From the NCBI GenBank assembly GCA_904063045.1, contig CAJFCJ010000006.1, positions 4,542,408-4,606,407 of the forward strand: a stretch of DNA of 64,000 nucleotides. Reading direction: 5' to 3'. A model generated the notes under the pieces. That model had not been told where the DNA came from. It saw only the letters and a list, made by a program, of their open reading frames with translations, and did no database searches. The position numbers and the translations under genes were made by a program. This DNA is from Dimorphilus gyrociliatus (lineage: Eukaryota; Animalia; Annelida). Positions 1-13,594 of the stretch are shown piece by piece. Numbering within the stretch: position 1 is the stretch's first letter; each line of letters begins with the position of its first letter.

Positions 1-324
1 AAGGACAAATCTACTTTAGCTATAGAAGGAGTTGTTGTTCAATCTAGGCCTAAAAGACAGACAATGGGGTTGACGCACTCTTCTCTTGATAGGAAAGAGG
101 ATGAAAAAATTGAACCAGTTAGTAGAGAACGAAAAGAAAAACAAGAAAACGATGGAATAGGCGAACAGACGCAAAATGGATTAGATACATTAACAAAGGA
201 TCAAGTAACATTCGTAAAAGAAGATACCCCTTCAGTTCACGAACAAACAGAATCGATTGGCGACGAAACAGAGGCGGATGTGATAAGTGTACGAATCTCT
301 CATAAAGACAATTCAACCTTTTAA
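1..324 (+). CDS. 3' terminal coding part of an unidentified gene starting upstream of the window (acidic/charged tail)
   Basis: Frame is open from base 1 (KDKSTLAIEGVVVQSRPKRQTMGL...) to TAA at 322-324, followed by AT-rich UTR-like sequence. No family motif visible. Confidence 0.55.
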   Translation, partial: KDKSTLAIEGVVVQSRPKRQTMGLTHSSLDRKEDEKIEPVSRERKEKQENDGIGEQTQNGLDTLTKDQVTFVKEDTPSVHEQTESIGDETEADVISVRISHKDNSTF

Positions 325-1875
325 AATTTTTACTTATCTCACTGTCTCTCAGTCTATCTATTTGTCTGTTTAGCTGTCTGTCTCTCTGTTTCTCTCGCTC
401 TCTCTGAAAAATGGACGCATCTCCCATAAACTTTGCTAAACTTTGGGTGCTGTGATAAAATAAGATTATATTTTGTTATCTAAGGTGAAAGAATTCTCCT
501 CTTACCTTCATTTATATAAAATAAAATAGAGAAAATGAAAATTTAATAGACGTATTATTGTCTAACTTGTCTTTATTATTTATAGCTTTATCTTCTTATT
601 TAATCATTAGTAAGATGTTTACATAAGAAAAGAGAAAGGAGCGGTTCAAGAATCATTAAAAAGTTTTAGTAACGCCACCTATAGACTTGTACTTATATCT
701 GACTACATTTATATATTATATATATATATACTTTATGCAAGTGGTGGGAAGGGTTTATTCATTGCTTTATAGGCTACACAAATTTTTTTCTTAAAAAAAA
801 AAGAGAGAATTTCGTAAAGATTCTCTCTGTCTTTCTTTCTTTCTACTCTTTCAGAGTAAACAGTTACATTAAGTATGTATTCCCTAAATCTTAACTAATA
901 ATACTTGTTATTATTCCCTCATTTTTTTTAACATTTTCACTTTTATATCTAATATTTACATGGAGAGGGAAAACAATTCCATTGATTGAAATAAAGAGTT
1001 TTACATATAGATTTTCTATACGATGTAAATTATTATCATTTTTTGATGTTACCGACACAAAAACAGTGTAGCTTCTCTTAATTCTAAATACTTAGTAATT
1101 CTCATTTTTTTAATAGTATGAAAAAAAAATGTTCTTTTTTAGAACAGTTTGATAAATTACGTTGTTCTATTATCAATTAACGTATTCTTCTCTCTCTTTC
1201 TTTTTTACTGTAGAATATCACTGAAAAGAATCAATATTATATTAATTAATGTTTTCTTTTTTTTTTTATATACGGCAGCTAATTACTCTTAGGGATTGAT
1301 AACCAATAATTCGTTTGACTTTTTATGACCTTTACCATAATTTATCTTAATAGAATTTAAGGATTTTTCTCCTGAAAATAATTGGCATTTATTTTAAATA
1401 TTATATAATACTCCAAGAAGGAATAAATCATGTTTTTTTTTATCTATACAAATATATCTTCTAAAATAATGACCAACAGACAGAAATTTTAATCTTGAAT
1501 ATCTCTCCTTTGTTATCTTAAGTATTTATACAACTATAACAAGTTTACCTTGTTATTACAGTGGGGTTTTTTTTAAGTACGTACAAAAGCTAATATCCCA
1601 TTAGGATTAACAGTTATGGTAATAGAGTTATTTTAGAATAAAGGCGCTCTTCCATAATAGTGTATATCGAGCAATATTCCAAATAGCGCAGTAGTGTCCA
1701 TAATTTTGGTAATCTGTTTTTTATCTGTTTTGCCTATTATCGAGGTCATTGCAAGATACGAGAATATTGTACATTTTATTCAACTCACATATACTACCCA
1801 TATCCTCCCAATAATCTTGTGATTAATATATTCTATCAGTTGTCGTTAAGGAATTTTACCTATCTGAGCGATAAA

Positions 1876-3966
1876 ATGCAATCTGAAGAAAAGAAATACA
1901 TACTAAGTTTGGATATAGGAACAACGAATATACGTGCTCATGTTTATAACAAGGATGCCAGAGTTATTGGACAAGATCAGGACAAGGTTATCACCTAACC
2001 AGTTTTAAAACTTGTTAGAATAAAACTTTCCTTTCTATCAGATCAAATTATTAAGACCCCGCCCTGGTTGGACGGAAATTGATGAGGAGGTTTTATTCGA
2101 ACAAATAAAAACTGTTGTTAAAAACGCCATAAAATCAGCTAATATCAAACCACAAAATGTAAGCTGTCTTGGAATATGTGTACTACGCAATACTTTTATT
2201 ACGTGGGATAAGTAAGCTAATGTCACTAATTATATAAGCTTTAACTGATAGCCAAATAAATCTATTTATAGAAAAACTGGTAAACCCTTTCATCATTTTA
2301 TCACCTGGCAAGATTTAAGGGCAAGCGAACACGTAGCTGAGACAAATAGATCACTGAAACTAAGGGTAATTTTTCTAATTATTCATATTTTCAATATTTA
2401 TTAGTGTCTGTCTGCTTCTCTCTCCATCCTACCTTAATGCTGTTTCATCCATTCGATCTAGACTCTTAATTATACTGGACAATTTTTATACTACTTAACA
2501 AGAAGTAATCGATTTTTGGGTACATCGATTTTAAGTTTTAAATCTGTCATGGTAATATTGAAGCTTAAGTGGGTTTATGAGAATATTCCAGGGGTTTGTA
2601 ATTCATAATTCACATATTTATACGTTCTGTTTTCATTTTATCAATTTAGCTTGTAAAAATTGTTTCTTTGTTAAGTTGAAAGAAAGAATTGCTGAAAATA
2701 AAGTCTACTTTGGAACTATTGAAACTTGGCTTTTATGGAAACTAACTTGCGGTAAAGTTTTTGCAACAGAATATTCATGCGTCAGTTCCACCTGTCTGTT
2801 TGACACGTACCAAGTAAGATTGTTAGAAAAAAATTTATATTTTATATGCTTACTTTACTCTTCTCTTAAGTTATGCTGGAGTGGTATACTTTCATGGCTT
2901 ATTGGCTATCCTATGAATATCTTCCCACCTATAAAAGACACATCGTAAGTAATAACTGCTCATTTTAAACTTATGATATTTCTAATACAGCAATTTCAAT
3001 CGAAAGCGGTTACTTTGGAGACTGTGAAGAGGAAATCTTTGGCGCTAAAATTCCTATTACGGCTGTAGTTGCAGATCAACAAGGAGCTCTATTCGGTCAA
3101 TGCTGTTTTAGCGAAGGTGATTGCAAATTATCAATGGGAACAGCTTCGTGTATAACAGTTAATACTGGCAGTATCGTTCATGCTTCTATTACAGGTAAGA
3201 CTCATCGTAAAAAAGTATGAGCATTCATAAATAAATTGATCTCTTAATAGGACTTTATCCTCTCATTGGCTGGAAAATTGGTGATAAAATAGTATATTTA
3301 GCGGAAGGGATAATTGCCGATACTGGACGAGTTATGGAATGGTTAACCAATGTTGGATTTCTGAACAGCGTTTCAGAGTCATCGGATCTAGCTAAATCAG
3401 TTTCCGATACCAAAGGTGTTTTCTTTGTAGCTGCATTTAGTGGATTGCAAGCGCCAATAAATGATGATAGAGCTTCAACAATGATGATTGGAATAACTCA
3501 CGAATCGAAGAAAGAGCATATAGTTAGATCCGTACTGGAATCACTTGCATATAGAGTTAAAAAATTATATGACTGTGTTAAAAGCGAATCACCAGTGCCA
3601 ATGAAAAATACTGTGGTGTATGTCCTAGTTAGCTAGTATTCAAAATACCTCCATACTGTAGTTACTTTGCATTTCAGATGTGATGGAGGAGTTTGTAAGA
3701 ACGATTTCTTGATGGAGCTAATCGCTGATTTGATTAATTGCGAATTAGACTTTCCAACTAATATGGAGATGAGCTGCCTAGGATCTGCTTTCTTAGCCGG
3801 CTTAGGGGCAGGTATCTGGAAAAATACTGATGAATTACATTCCATTCGACAACAACGAAAAATATTAACTCCAAGTAACAATAAAGATGAAAAAATCCCA
3901 ATTTATGAAAAATGGCTAGAAGCAGTGAAGAGAGCTAAGGGCTGGTATGATTATGTGCAAATTTAG
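1876..3966 (+). CDS. GK5: Glycerol kinase 5 (FGGY family), multi-exon
   Basis: Spliced reading gives LSLDIGTTNIR, PGWTEID, FITWQDLRA, FGTIETWLLWKLT, VADQQGALFGQCCF, FSGLQAPIND, CDGGVCKNDF, MSCLGSA and KWLEAVKRAKGWY, matching the GK5 subfamily. GT-AG introns, e.g. 1987-2041. Confidence 0.93.
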
Positions 3967-4110
3967 TTAGGAAATTTTGAAAATTTATTTTATGAAATAA
4001 ATAATTAAAAAGTGTGTGAGATGTGTTTATGTAGAAGTGTATGAATTTCATCTGCAGGATCTGCAAGTATAGCACCAACCAAATGAATAATTCATGACAT
4101 ATTTTGTAAG

Positions 4111-7100
4111 TTATTCGAAACTTTTTCCTATATTTCTTATTAAACTCCTAGGAGGTTCTACATCCACAATTTCTAAATCAGCTTCGAATCGTCTCTTTTG
4201 ATCTTTTAGAGCTGAGTGATATTGACGTAGTAATTGCATCATCCGTCGGCGTCGAAATCGAGCAGCCTCGTGAATGACTGCTTCTATGACTAAACACCGT
4301 AAGTCTGTATCACCGCGGATTTTTTCCAATTTTTTAAATAACGAGCTATAATCGTTTCCTGGGCGTCGAACGTCTCTAAACATATCTATTTTGAGTATAG
4401 TATTGAATTCGTCGATTTCTCGTAAACTTTTTATTTCATCAGTTTCCTCGTCTTCTCTTGAGTTTCCACTTATAGACTCGGATCTTGACAACCTTCTCCT
4501 GGGCACAGCTTCTCCTGATGTTAAATGACCATTAGGCACGTTTCCATTCATTCTTAGAACTGGAATTTCCATATCACTCATCTCACTATCTGATGAATTA
4601 GTTGCACAACTATATTCTGAATCTGAGGAATAACCATTTAACGAAACGTATGGCTTTTTTATCGAAAAATGTTTTGGAATAGGCCCTCGCTTCCTTTTTT
4701 TAGAATTAAATGTCATTAATTCACTAGGTATTTCTTTTCGTTTTAAAGCTTTTTGTTGCCCAGGCATAGCCTCGTCCGCTTCATCAATCATTTGGAAGTT
4801 TTTGTTAACTTTGAAAGGATTACCAAAAGTGTGAACTCGAGCCGGGGCTGTTTCAAGAGGTCTCAAGGGTGGTGGTAAATTTTCTACGTAAGCATGATAA
4901 TCTCCCATTTTACCGATAGGTATTGTATGATTTGAATCTATGAAAAAACAAAAACAAATACATAAATGTTTTGATTTATAGTAAATTAATAAAACTACCA
5001 TTATCTTTTGTTTTAATTTCCTGAATAGGTCGAAGAAAATTTTCCTTCATTCTCGCTAACTGCTTTATTAAATATTTTCGGGATATGTCAAATGGATTTC
5101 TGAAATAATTTCGATTTTACTATTTCGCTTTTTTAGTTGGCCAGAGAACTTGATATAAACTTAATGAAAATTCATTCATACCGATATTTTTGTAAAAGAA
5201 CATTTGTATTTGTCATAGGTAGTGTGTGAGTTTCATACGCTTGCAGTTGTTGATGAACCATACTTAAATCGCTTCCATATTGCTGTAATATAGAAGTAAA
5301 ATCTTCTCGACTGATGATTGAGCTTGGAGATCTATGAAATAAAAGTAAATACTCATACAGTATATGTACTATATATATAAATGCTCATGAAGGCAATACC
5401 TTGGAATTACTGGAATGCATTCAGGAGCGAATGATTTTTGATTAACGCTTGACACAATTTTATCGTATTCAATTTTGGCTTGATTCCTAATTTTTTTCAA
5501 GTAGGCCATGACTGAGTAGCTGTTATGTTGATCAATGGATTCAGGCAACATATTTAGCCCAATTCTTTTTAATTCCTTACGAAGAGGCTACAAAGGAGAT
5601 CTCATATAAATCTAGTAATTAAATTTAAATTTCTTACCATTCCGTAGTACAAAGGCATACCCTTCAGATAGTTCTCAAAATGCTGCCTCCAGGTTTGTGT
5701 TACTTTGGATTTATGAACTTTAATAGCTTCCTCTGTGGGATAGTTAACTTATAATAAATATGCTTCTTATCTCATAGCGCACTCACCAATAAGTGGCAGC
5801 AAAACAGGATAGTTATAGGGCATTATGAACAAATATACAGATTGTAAGTTGGATGAAGGTTTTATATAACCAAATGGTTGGCCACTGTCTGCAAATTTTG
5901 CACTTCCGGCCACGTAAACCTGAAGTGAAGAGATACTATTCCATGTCTACATCATGAAGTATTAAATGATTAATTACCTGCCAAGCGACATTTGGCTGCT
6001 TTCTTGATAAGATAAATTGGGTTAGGGGAGACGGTTCAATTTCATAACGATCGTATGCAAAATTTTCTAAAATAGTAGGCTCTGAGGGTGTGCAGCTGAA
6101 ATTAAGCACGGGTTGAGCTGTTCTTGCAGGCTAAAAAAATAACGGTAATCGTTAATTGCGCTCTTAAAGTAAGAAAAATGAAATACATACTAAACTCTGA
6201 GCACCAAGATCTGGCCAAAATGGTTCAGGGATTGGCCACGTTCCCTGGGCGTAGCCGCCTTTTTGAGCGCTTCTTTGTACATGTATCATTTTTCTGCAGT
6301 TTTGCCATTGACCATTACTGGCTGAGACTTCATCACCTATTGGTACAGGATCTGGGCCAATTTTCTTAAAGTGTACAATAACCCCGGACTGGACTTTTGA
6401 AACAAGAGATTCCATACATTGAGTCATCATTTTCTGACTCGTTACCGAATATGATCGACCTTTTGATTGAGATAAAAATATAATAAGTATGTATGAATGC
6501 GCAGGAAAATAAATTACCTCCAGTGACATCACACATTGCATCAATAGGTGAATCTTCTGCTAATGGTATATATGTATTAGTTTGAGATGTCTCTTGAGGA
6601 GGTAAAGCTTGTAATTTAAGGCAAACACCATATAGACGCTGATCCCATCGAAATGGTTCAGCGGTTAATTCACTGCCAGGAACACTCGAATTCATCGGTA
6701 GAATGAGCTTTAAGTAAGGAATAATATAAAAATGAATAATAAAGAAGAGGTGTCTAATCAGGTAAAAGCTTACTTCATTGGATACTCCATTGGTCGATGT
6801 AATACTTCGTCCATCAGTAATACATATAATCATTGCTGGTTCGAGGCAGAAAGGAAATCTCCCCTATGAATGGCAATTTATTTAGAATCTATTTTGGTTT
6901 TTAAGCATCAGACTTACCCCTCCGTAACCTTCGACATTAGATGTAGCTCTATTAATGTTTAATAGATCAAATGAATATTTTAGAGCAGGACCCAAAGTGG
7001 TTAATCCATTAGCCTTAAGCAGTTTTAATTCGTTCATGAAAGTGTTAGACGTCTCTTTCCACCCTGCCTATAACAATAGCAAAACTTAGCAACCTAAATG

Positions 7101-7782
7101 GATCCCCTAGATTTCAACTAAATAACTATGTTCTATGCATCGTATTTTTATTCTAAGGCGACGTTCAGCAGTAGTAGAGGGACTTTTTAGGTTGCACTAT
7201 AATGCAACCATAGCAAATATAAGACAGGGTTATGTTTAAACTAAAATGTTTATGAATGCAATCTGTCCCATAGAAAACCCTAATAGATTGAATTCCTTGA
7301 CGTCACCTGGAAAATATGAATATTTAGATGAGGGAAGACGAATTAACGATAAAAGCGAATTGATCAGAAGATGGCGCAATAAGCGAAGCGCCAAGTTCAG
7401 TGTTTATCGAAACAACTGATTTTCCTTTAAGAATACTTCCGCAACAATTACGAATCGCGAAGCAAGATTGGAGAAATCTTCATATACAATACTTTTTTTA
7501 ACAAACCTTAATATTTGCGGGGGGATCTTCAAATGTCAACAGCATATATCTGTCCCATTTCGCTTGTGGATCGCGTGCCCTGGACTGATAAAAAGCAAGT
7601 TTGTAAAGAGATGTTTGTCGATAAATCAGCGCACACGAAAAGTCTGGTAATTCTTCTCTCTTACAGCCTACCTTCATGAAATGATCTACAGCTGATTTAG
7701 CCGTGTCAAGAAACGTCGTACCTAAGTACGTACGTTGATTCATAGATGCAGAATTATCTATGAGAAACAAAATGATTGTCAT
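4111..7782 (-). CDS. INTS6: Integrator complex subunit 6 (VWA N-terminus, conserved C-terminal domain), multi-exon
   Basis: MTIILFLIDNSASMNQRTYLGTTFLDTAKSAV, RARDP...DRYMLLTFE, AGWKE..TFMNELK, AEPFRWDQRL, MAYLKK and C-terminal DVRRPG...EAARFRR. ATG at 7782 (the ORF-track start 7791 is TTG). Confidence 0.95.
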
Positions 7783-7933
7783 GTTTGACAAGTACTACGG
7801 GCGAGAAACTATGAACAAAAAATGGTTTTTGATTAATGATTAAAAGCGGTAAAATATCACATGACAATACATGCAACCTCAACACCGCCGACAGTCTATC
7901 TGACGCATGCCGCTTTCCGTCGTTCGCCTATGA

Positions 7934-7943
7934 GTCACGTGAC
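7934..7943. promoter_or_regulatory. Perfect GTCACGTGAC E-box/CLEAR-type palindrome in the INTS6-LRR divergent promoter
   Basis: Literal 10-bp palindrome ~150 bp upstream of the INTS6 ATG. ATTGG (reverse CCAAT) near 7961 and TGACGTCA (CRE) at 8124-8131 lie in the same interval. Confidence 0.55.
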
Positions 7944-8387
7944 GAGAAAGAAATATTCTGATTGGCCAAACAGCTTTGGGATCGTATAGTATCTAGAATT
8001 TTAAATAGATAAAAAATATTCCAAATATTTTACATCAGTATTATATATTATTATATAAAATATGTTTTAGTAGAAAATGTGATTTCGTCTTTTTTCTACA
8101 GGTGTTTTTTGCTCCAGCTTGTGTGACGTCATTGTCCCTGAACTGTTGGTTAACGTCAACGCCAATCGACAATAATGATACAATTTTCACGACAGATTCT
8201 TAATCAAAACTCATTAAAATCCCCTAAATTTTATATATACGTCTTTTAAAAGAAATTAAAAAAGATCCTTTGACTGTATAGACCATATTCCAGAATGAGG
8301 ACATCTATTTATAGTTGGGGTTGCCGTTTCCTGTCGGGGATTCCCATTCTTACAAATCGAGCTGTATAGTATTTATAAATTCGAACC

Positions 8388-10053
8388 ATGTATTATCGCG
8401 TCCAATTTTGTATTAAAGAATTTTTCGGATTGATATTATTTTTATTTATCTTAAGAGTCAATGCGAAGGACTTGTGTCAGTTATGTGAATGTCACACAAA
8501 TTCAATAGATTGCTCAAATCGGAATCTAAACAGAATTCCTTCACCATCTAATGGGAGACTAATTGGTAAACTATTATCTTTAAATAAGGCGTAAAATATT
8601 TAAAATTATAATCTCAACAGGTCAAAAGAATAGTCTAAATATATCTTACAACCGTATTGAAGATTTTGAAATTCTAGCCTCGAAATCCTTCTCAAATATA
8701 ACGCATTTATCAATAAAAGGCAACTCAATTCAAACTATACCAGAATCATTACTCAAGTTGAAACAAATTCAACAGTTAGACTTAGCAGAGAACTCATTAA
8801 AGCGTTTACCTATTTTTAACTTTGAACATTTGGTCTATTTGAATCTTAGCCATAATCATATCCACTTTTTAGACGGAGAGATTCTTCAGCCTCTACATGA
8901 TCTAGAAATTCTTGATCTGAGTTATAACGAACTTGAATTCGTAAGTAAGGATTCATTTTTAGCTGTCACAGCAGGTTCAAAATACTTAAAAAGACTAAAG
9001 CGTTTAGCACTGAATAATAATAGAATAAGAACCATTTTACCGCAATCTTTCATGACTCTAAGTGGACTGGAAGCTTTAAATATAGCGGGAAATACTATTA
9101 CTGATATTAAGTCAAAAACATTCTATAAACTGGTTAATCTTCGCTTTTTGAATTTGGATCACAATGAAATTGCAAATTTTTCCCCGGATGAATTAATTAA
9201 GATGGAGAAATTGAAATATTTATACTTAGGACACAATAAACTGTCGTCCATTCCCTCCAAATTACCTTTAAGTATTGAATGGTTAGACATTTCCCATAAT
9301 ACATTGGAAACTGTTGATGAAAAATCTCACAAAGCTGATCTATTGCCAATCGACGTACTTCTACTATCTCATAATCCGTTTCGATGCGATTGTAAGATAT
9401 TGTGGTTGAAAGAGTTGTTCGACAGAAGAAAGTGGGCTTTAAAATACTTAAGTGACTTTGACGCTGCTGAAATGCTCCCAACATGTAAATATCCTTCGCA
9501 TTTGGCCAAGGAGTTCTGGAATGATTTGACTGATAATGTATTCGATTGCGTCTCTTTGAAAGACGAAACAGACAATGCTAGTCAAGAAAACAAAGATTTT
9601 GAATTTGTTGAAAGTCCTATATTGAAATTTGGCGTTGCAGAAGTGAAAGATACCTCAGCAAAAGTCCATTGGAAGATGAGCAAATTGAGAAAGGATGTTC
9701 GTCGAATATCATTAGTCTATAGACAATTTGGATATAAAGTACAATTACAGCAGGTTGAGAGCGTAATGGCTGATAAGCAGGAATTCATATTAACTGATCT
9801 ATTGCCTTCAAGTAGTTACGTTGTTTGTGCAATCGATTCCCAATTGGAATGGAACGACGCAAGGGAAACGGACAAACAGTGCGTCGAATTAACAACAACA
9901 TCATTACGTTTACGCCATCCTTTCCAAGCAGTCATAGAATTTGCGACAAGGTCATTTTTCGCTTTTGCTTTCTTCTTTGCCGTTCTATTCGTTAGTGCTA
10001 TTTTGATAATGTTAGTTTTTGGTGGTAAAGATTCAAAACATCACGACGATTAA
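8388..10053 (+). CDS. Leucine-rich repeat, fibronectin type III, single-pass membrane protein (FLRT/ELFN/LRRN4-like architecture)
   Basis: Signal peptide, LRRNT (CQLCEC...IDCSNRNL), ~12 LxxLxLxxN repeats, LRRCT (NPFRCDCKILWL...C), FN3-like segment (SAKVHW...LTDLLPSSSYVVC), hydrophobic TM and ~10-aa tail. One 56-nt intron at 8565-8620. Confidence 0.85.
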
Positions 10054-11902
10054 AATAAACACACGTAAACAGTTAACATTTAATATTAAAAAAACATAGT
10101 TGAACTATATACTCTATGTTATTTGCTTCGTTACTTGTCTGTCAACAATTAGAAATACAAAACAATTACAAAAATATGATATTTATCAATGGAACAATTG
10201 TATTACGCTGTGTTCTCTGTTTAAAAAATATATATTCATAGGAACGGAAAGTATGCTAGTGGGTCTTGGAAAAAAATATTGATTACCTACAACTGAAATG
10301 TACAAAAAGAGAGAGAGGCAGGGAGAAGGAATTTTAATTAATTTTTTTGTAAGCGTGTTCGACATCGCAAATGATAAATCATCGTTATGCATATTTCTTT
10401 GAATCTCGTAACAATAGATATTCATGCTTATATACAATTTAATATGAACTACAATATCTATTAGTATTTATATCTGTAAATTATATAACATGTATAGTTT
10501 ATATAGAATTTCTTAATACTGTCTTATTATTATTATTCTGTTTTAACACTAGTTAACTTTTTGTCGTTATCTCTAACTTCCATGTTCTTTCCTTTTAAAA
10601 GAATATAACTATTTTATGCATGATTTAATATTATAGATGAATACGTATAACCTATTCATTGAAAGTATAAGTGGGTCACATTATAATTATGAATTAATTA
10701 TGATAACTATAGAAAAAGTGGATATATAATACCTTTTCATGCAAATATTCTTTAAAGGTATAATCATTCTCATAGATTATAGACTAATCTTTAAATTATT
10801 TTGAGATATGCTATATATATATCTATTTATATTTTCCCCTTCCCGTCAGATATGTATGCAAATTTATCCAACTACAAATACTGACAGTCAGTCTAAAGTT
10901 ATAATGGTATTTCCTTTTCAAAAGACCTTATTTAATTAACGACAATGTTTATTAAATATAAGGCTATATCCTAGTCAGGCTTCAATTATTTTGCAGTAAA
11001 ATATATATAGATATGACATTATTTACTATATATATATAAATATTCTTCTATTTCTAAGATTTTTCCCCGATTCCCTCTTTCCAAATTAAGACTTTAACAT
11101 ATTTGTTCTTTTTAGAGAACCGATTGAAAATTTAGATGATGCTTTAAAAACGATTAGGATCGTTATCGTAAAATTATCATTTGATTAATTATATATATAT
11201 ATATATATATACAGTATATATATATACAATATATATTTATTTATATAGAAATATAACAGAGTTACTTAAGCAGTTGTTTTTTAAAACTTGTATTATTATT
11301 TAATATTTTCTTATTTTGTTTTTTTGTTTTGCTATCTAAAATGATAATATTTAAAGAGAAATACAATGTATTTATAGATTACCTGGATATTATCTTTCGA
11401 ATAGATTCTATATTAAATTTCATTTAAAAAACTACTCTTTTATTGCAAAAAAATAATAAAAGTGTAACAGAATAACAGGAAATAAAAATAGAACTAAGAA
11501 TTTATAGAATCTTCTTATTTCTTCTTTTAATTAAATAATAATTATTCTTATCTATTTTAGTTAAGGTAGAAGAGGAATTTTTTTATAGAGTTAAACATAA
11601 TCTATAGCTATTTAGGTCAATGATAACTAAATGATATTATATATAATAATATATATTAGTATATTTACAATATTTATAATGAATAAATTAATATATAAAA
11701 GAATAATAATAATATTTTTATATTTAAATTTCTACTAAAATGAATTTTAAAAGTTTTTTTTTTGTTTTTTACTTTTTCTTTTGTTGCTATGAATCGAGTA
11801 GACGGGGATGTATTACATACTGTATTTAGTCAATGTAGAATTGAAAGGCCTATACTTAGGCCTATTCGTCGTGTGGTATCTAGTTCGGTGGTTGTTATAG
11901 TG

Positions 11903-11915
11903 GTTGCCATGTGAC
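11903..11915 (+). promoter_or_regulatory. RFX X-box-like motif GTTGCCATGTGAC
   Basis: Strong GTTGCCATG half-site ~90 bp upstream of the ATG at 12006; the second half deviates from consensus. Confidence 0.45.
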
Positions 11916-12005
11916 TTGTTCTGCAGCACTAGTGAGCTGTAATGATTATACCTACAAGGTTTTTCATTGATTTTGTAGACGCGTTGTATTTTTGACTAGG
12001 TAAAA

Positions 12006-13594
12006 ATGTCGAGAGTTGTTTCCAAAAAGGATACAATGAACAAATCGCTAAATTCAACTAAATCAGGTGATATGATACTTTGCTATTTATCTTTAAAAAA
12101 ACAAAACCAATTGAATATTTTCGATCGTCCTTTTCTACCAAGTCAACATGTTCGGGCTTATTTGGCGCGTATCTTGTTATAAGTGATTATCGTTATGAAT
12201 TTCAGGAACCCTGAGGTCAACTGCTTCAAGAAATGGTGCTTTTGCTGCCAGTTTTGCAGGGTATTTTCAAATTTAGTAGTTTGAATATATTAATTTTTAT
12301 TCTAATCAATTCATTAAAGGAAAAGTACACTGGGGACGAAGAACCTCTCAGACAGTGCCAGTATAGAGGCCGAATATATAAAAAACCTGCAACAACAAAT
12401 CTACTTTTTAGAACTAGAAGCAAATTACTTGTAAGGAAGAGTATCAATAAGAAACTTATCAATGCTAATCATTTTTCTTGTATACACATATAAAAACCAA
12501 ACAAACAAACATTAAATAGGAGAGAGCAAGGACGTAAAGCTACACAAATGCAGCCAGTTATGACAGCTGAGGCGGAGAGAATGCTGTCAAAACTTCGAAC
12601 AATGCAGACTGATATAGATGGCCTAAGATCCGAATTGAGGAGGAAAGAGGCAGCTTTAGAAGTTGGAAAAGCTACTATAGAACGTTTAGAGGTATATTCT
12701 TGCTCCTAGTAGTCAATAGAAATATTATAGATATTATTCTTTTTCAGTTAAGGCTAAAAACCGAACAAGACTCGCATTCCAGAGAGAAAAGACTGCTGTT
12801 GGATGAAGCTGTCTCGTTGAGAAGGGATAAGGAATCTGCAGAGAGAGATTTAATTAGGAAAGAGGCTCAATTAAAAGCGGCTGGTGAACAAACAGAGAGA
12901 ACATCTGAAGCTCTATCAAAAGCTGAAGAGCGAATTGAGCTATTGCGTTTGCAATCGGAGCAGACCAACGATCAAAATAGGACACTTGCGGGTCAATTGG
13001 ATGCCAAGAGGTCGGAACTCTTAAAGGTTGAGGCCACTTTACAAGGTTTAGAGGAAAAACAGTATGAAGCTCTGAGGAGCCGATTAGGGAAATCACTAAA
13101 CAATGACGATAGCAAACTAGAGAGACAAATTCAAGACTTGAAGAATAAATTGGATTTAGAAAGAAGTGAAAAAGAGGCGGCAGACGAGAGAAGAACTCAA
13201 CAATTGGCCGAACTCTTAGCTACAAGAGAGAGAGAGAGAAGACTCGAGGACGAATTAGACAGAACAAAAGCTCAACTAAGACTAGAATCGGAGAGGGTTC
13301 AAAGGAACCAGACTGAGTCTACAATTGAGACGGAAAGTCTACGAAGAGAAAAGGAATCTCTTGTCGAACACGTTTCCGATTTACAAGTTCAAGTAAGAAC
13401 TTTTAACCTTTCTTTCCATTACTAACAATCTTTCTTTTCAGATTTCGGATAAGGAAGCTAAACTATTCGAAATGGAAAGGAGATTAAAGCAGTTAGAAGT
13501 TGTCGAAAAAAGTTTAAAGTCTCATGAATGGGGAGAATTAAATAGATTAGCCGACGGCATAAAAACTCTTTCTAAATCTTTAAACGTCTCTTAA
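12006..13594 (+). CDS. Long coiled-coil protein, possibly ciliary/centrosomal, multi-exon
   Basis: Spliced frame MSRVVSKKDTMNKS...EAEYIKNLQQQIYFLELEANYL...heptad-rich E/R/L/K region...EWGELNRLADGIKTLSKSLNVS*. GT-AG introns with consistent phases. Confidence 0.75.

Noticed and set aside
7373-7394. TGGCGC/GCGCCA hairpin in INTS6 intron 2 as a structured RNA
   Set aside because: A 6-bp stem is too short to be significant and overlaps a YY1-like motif.
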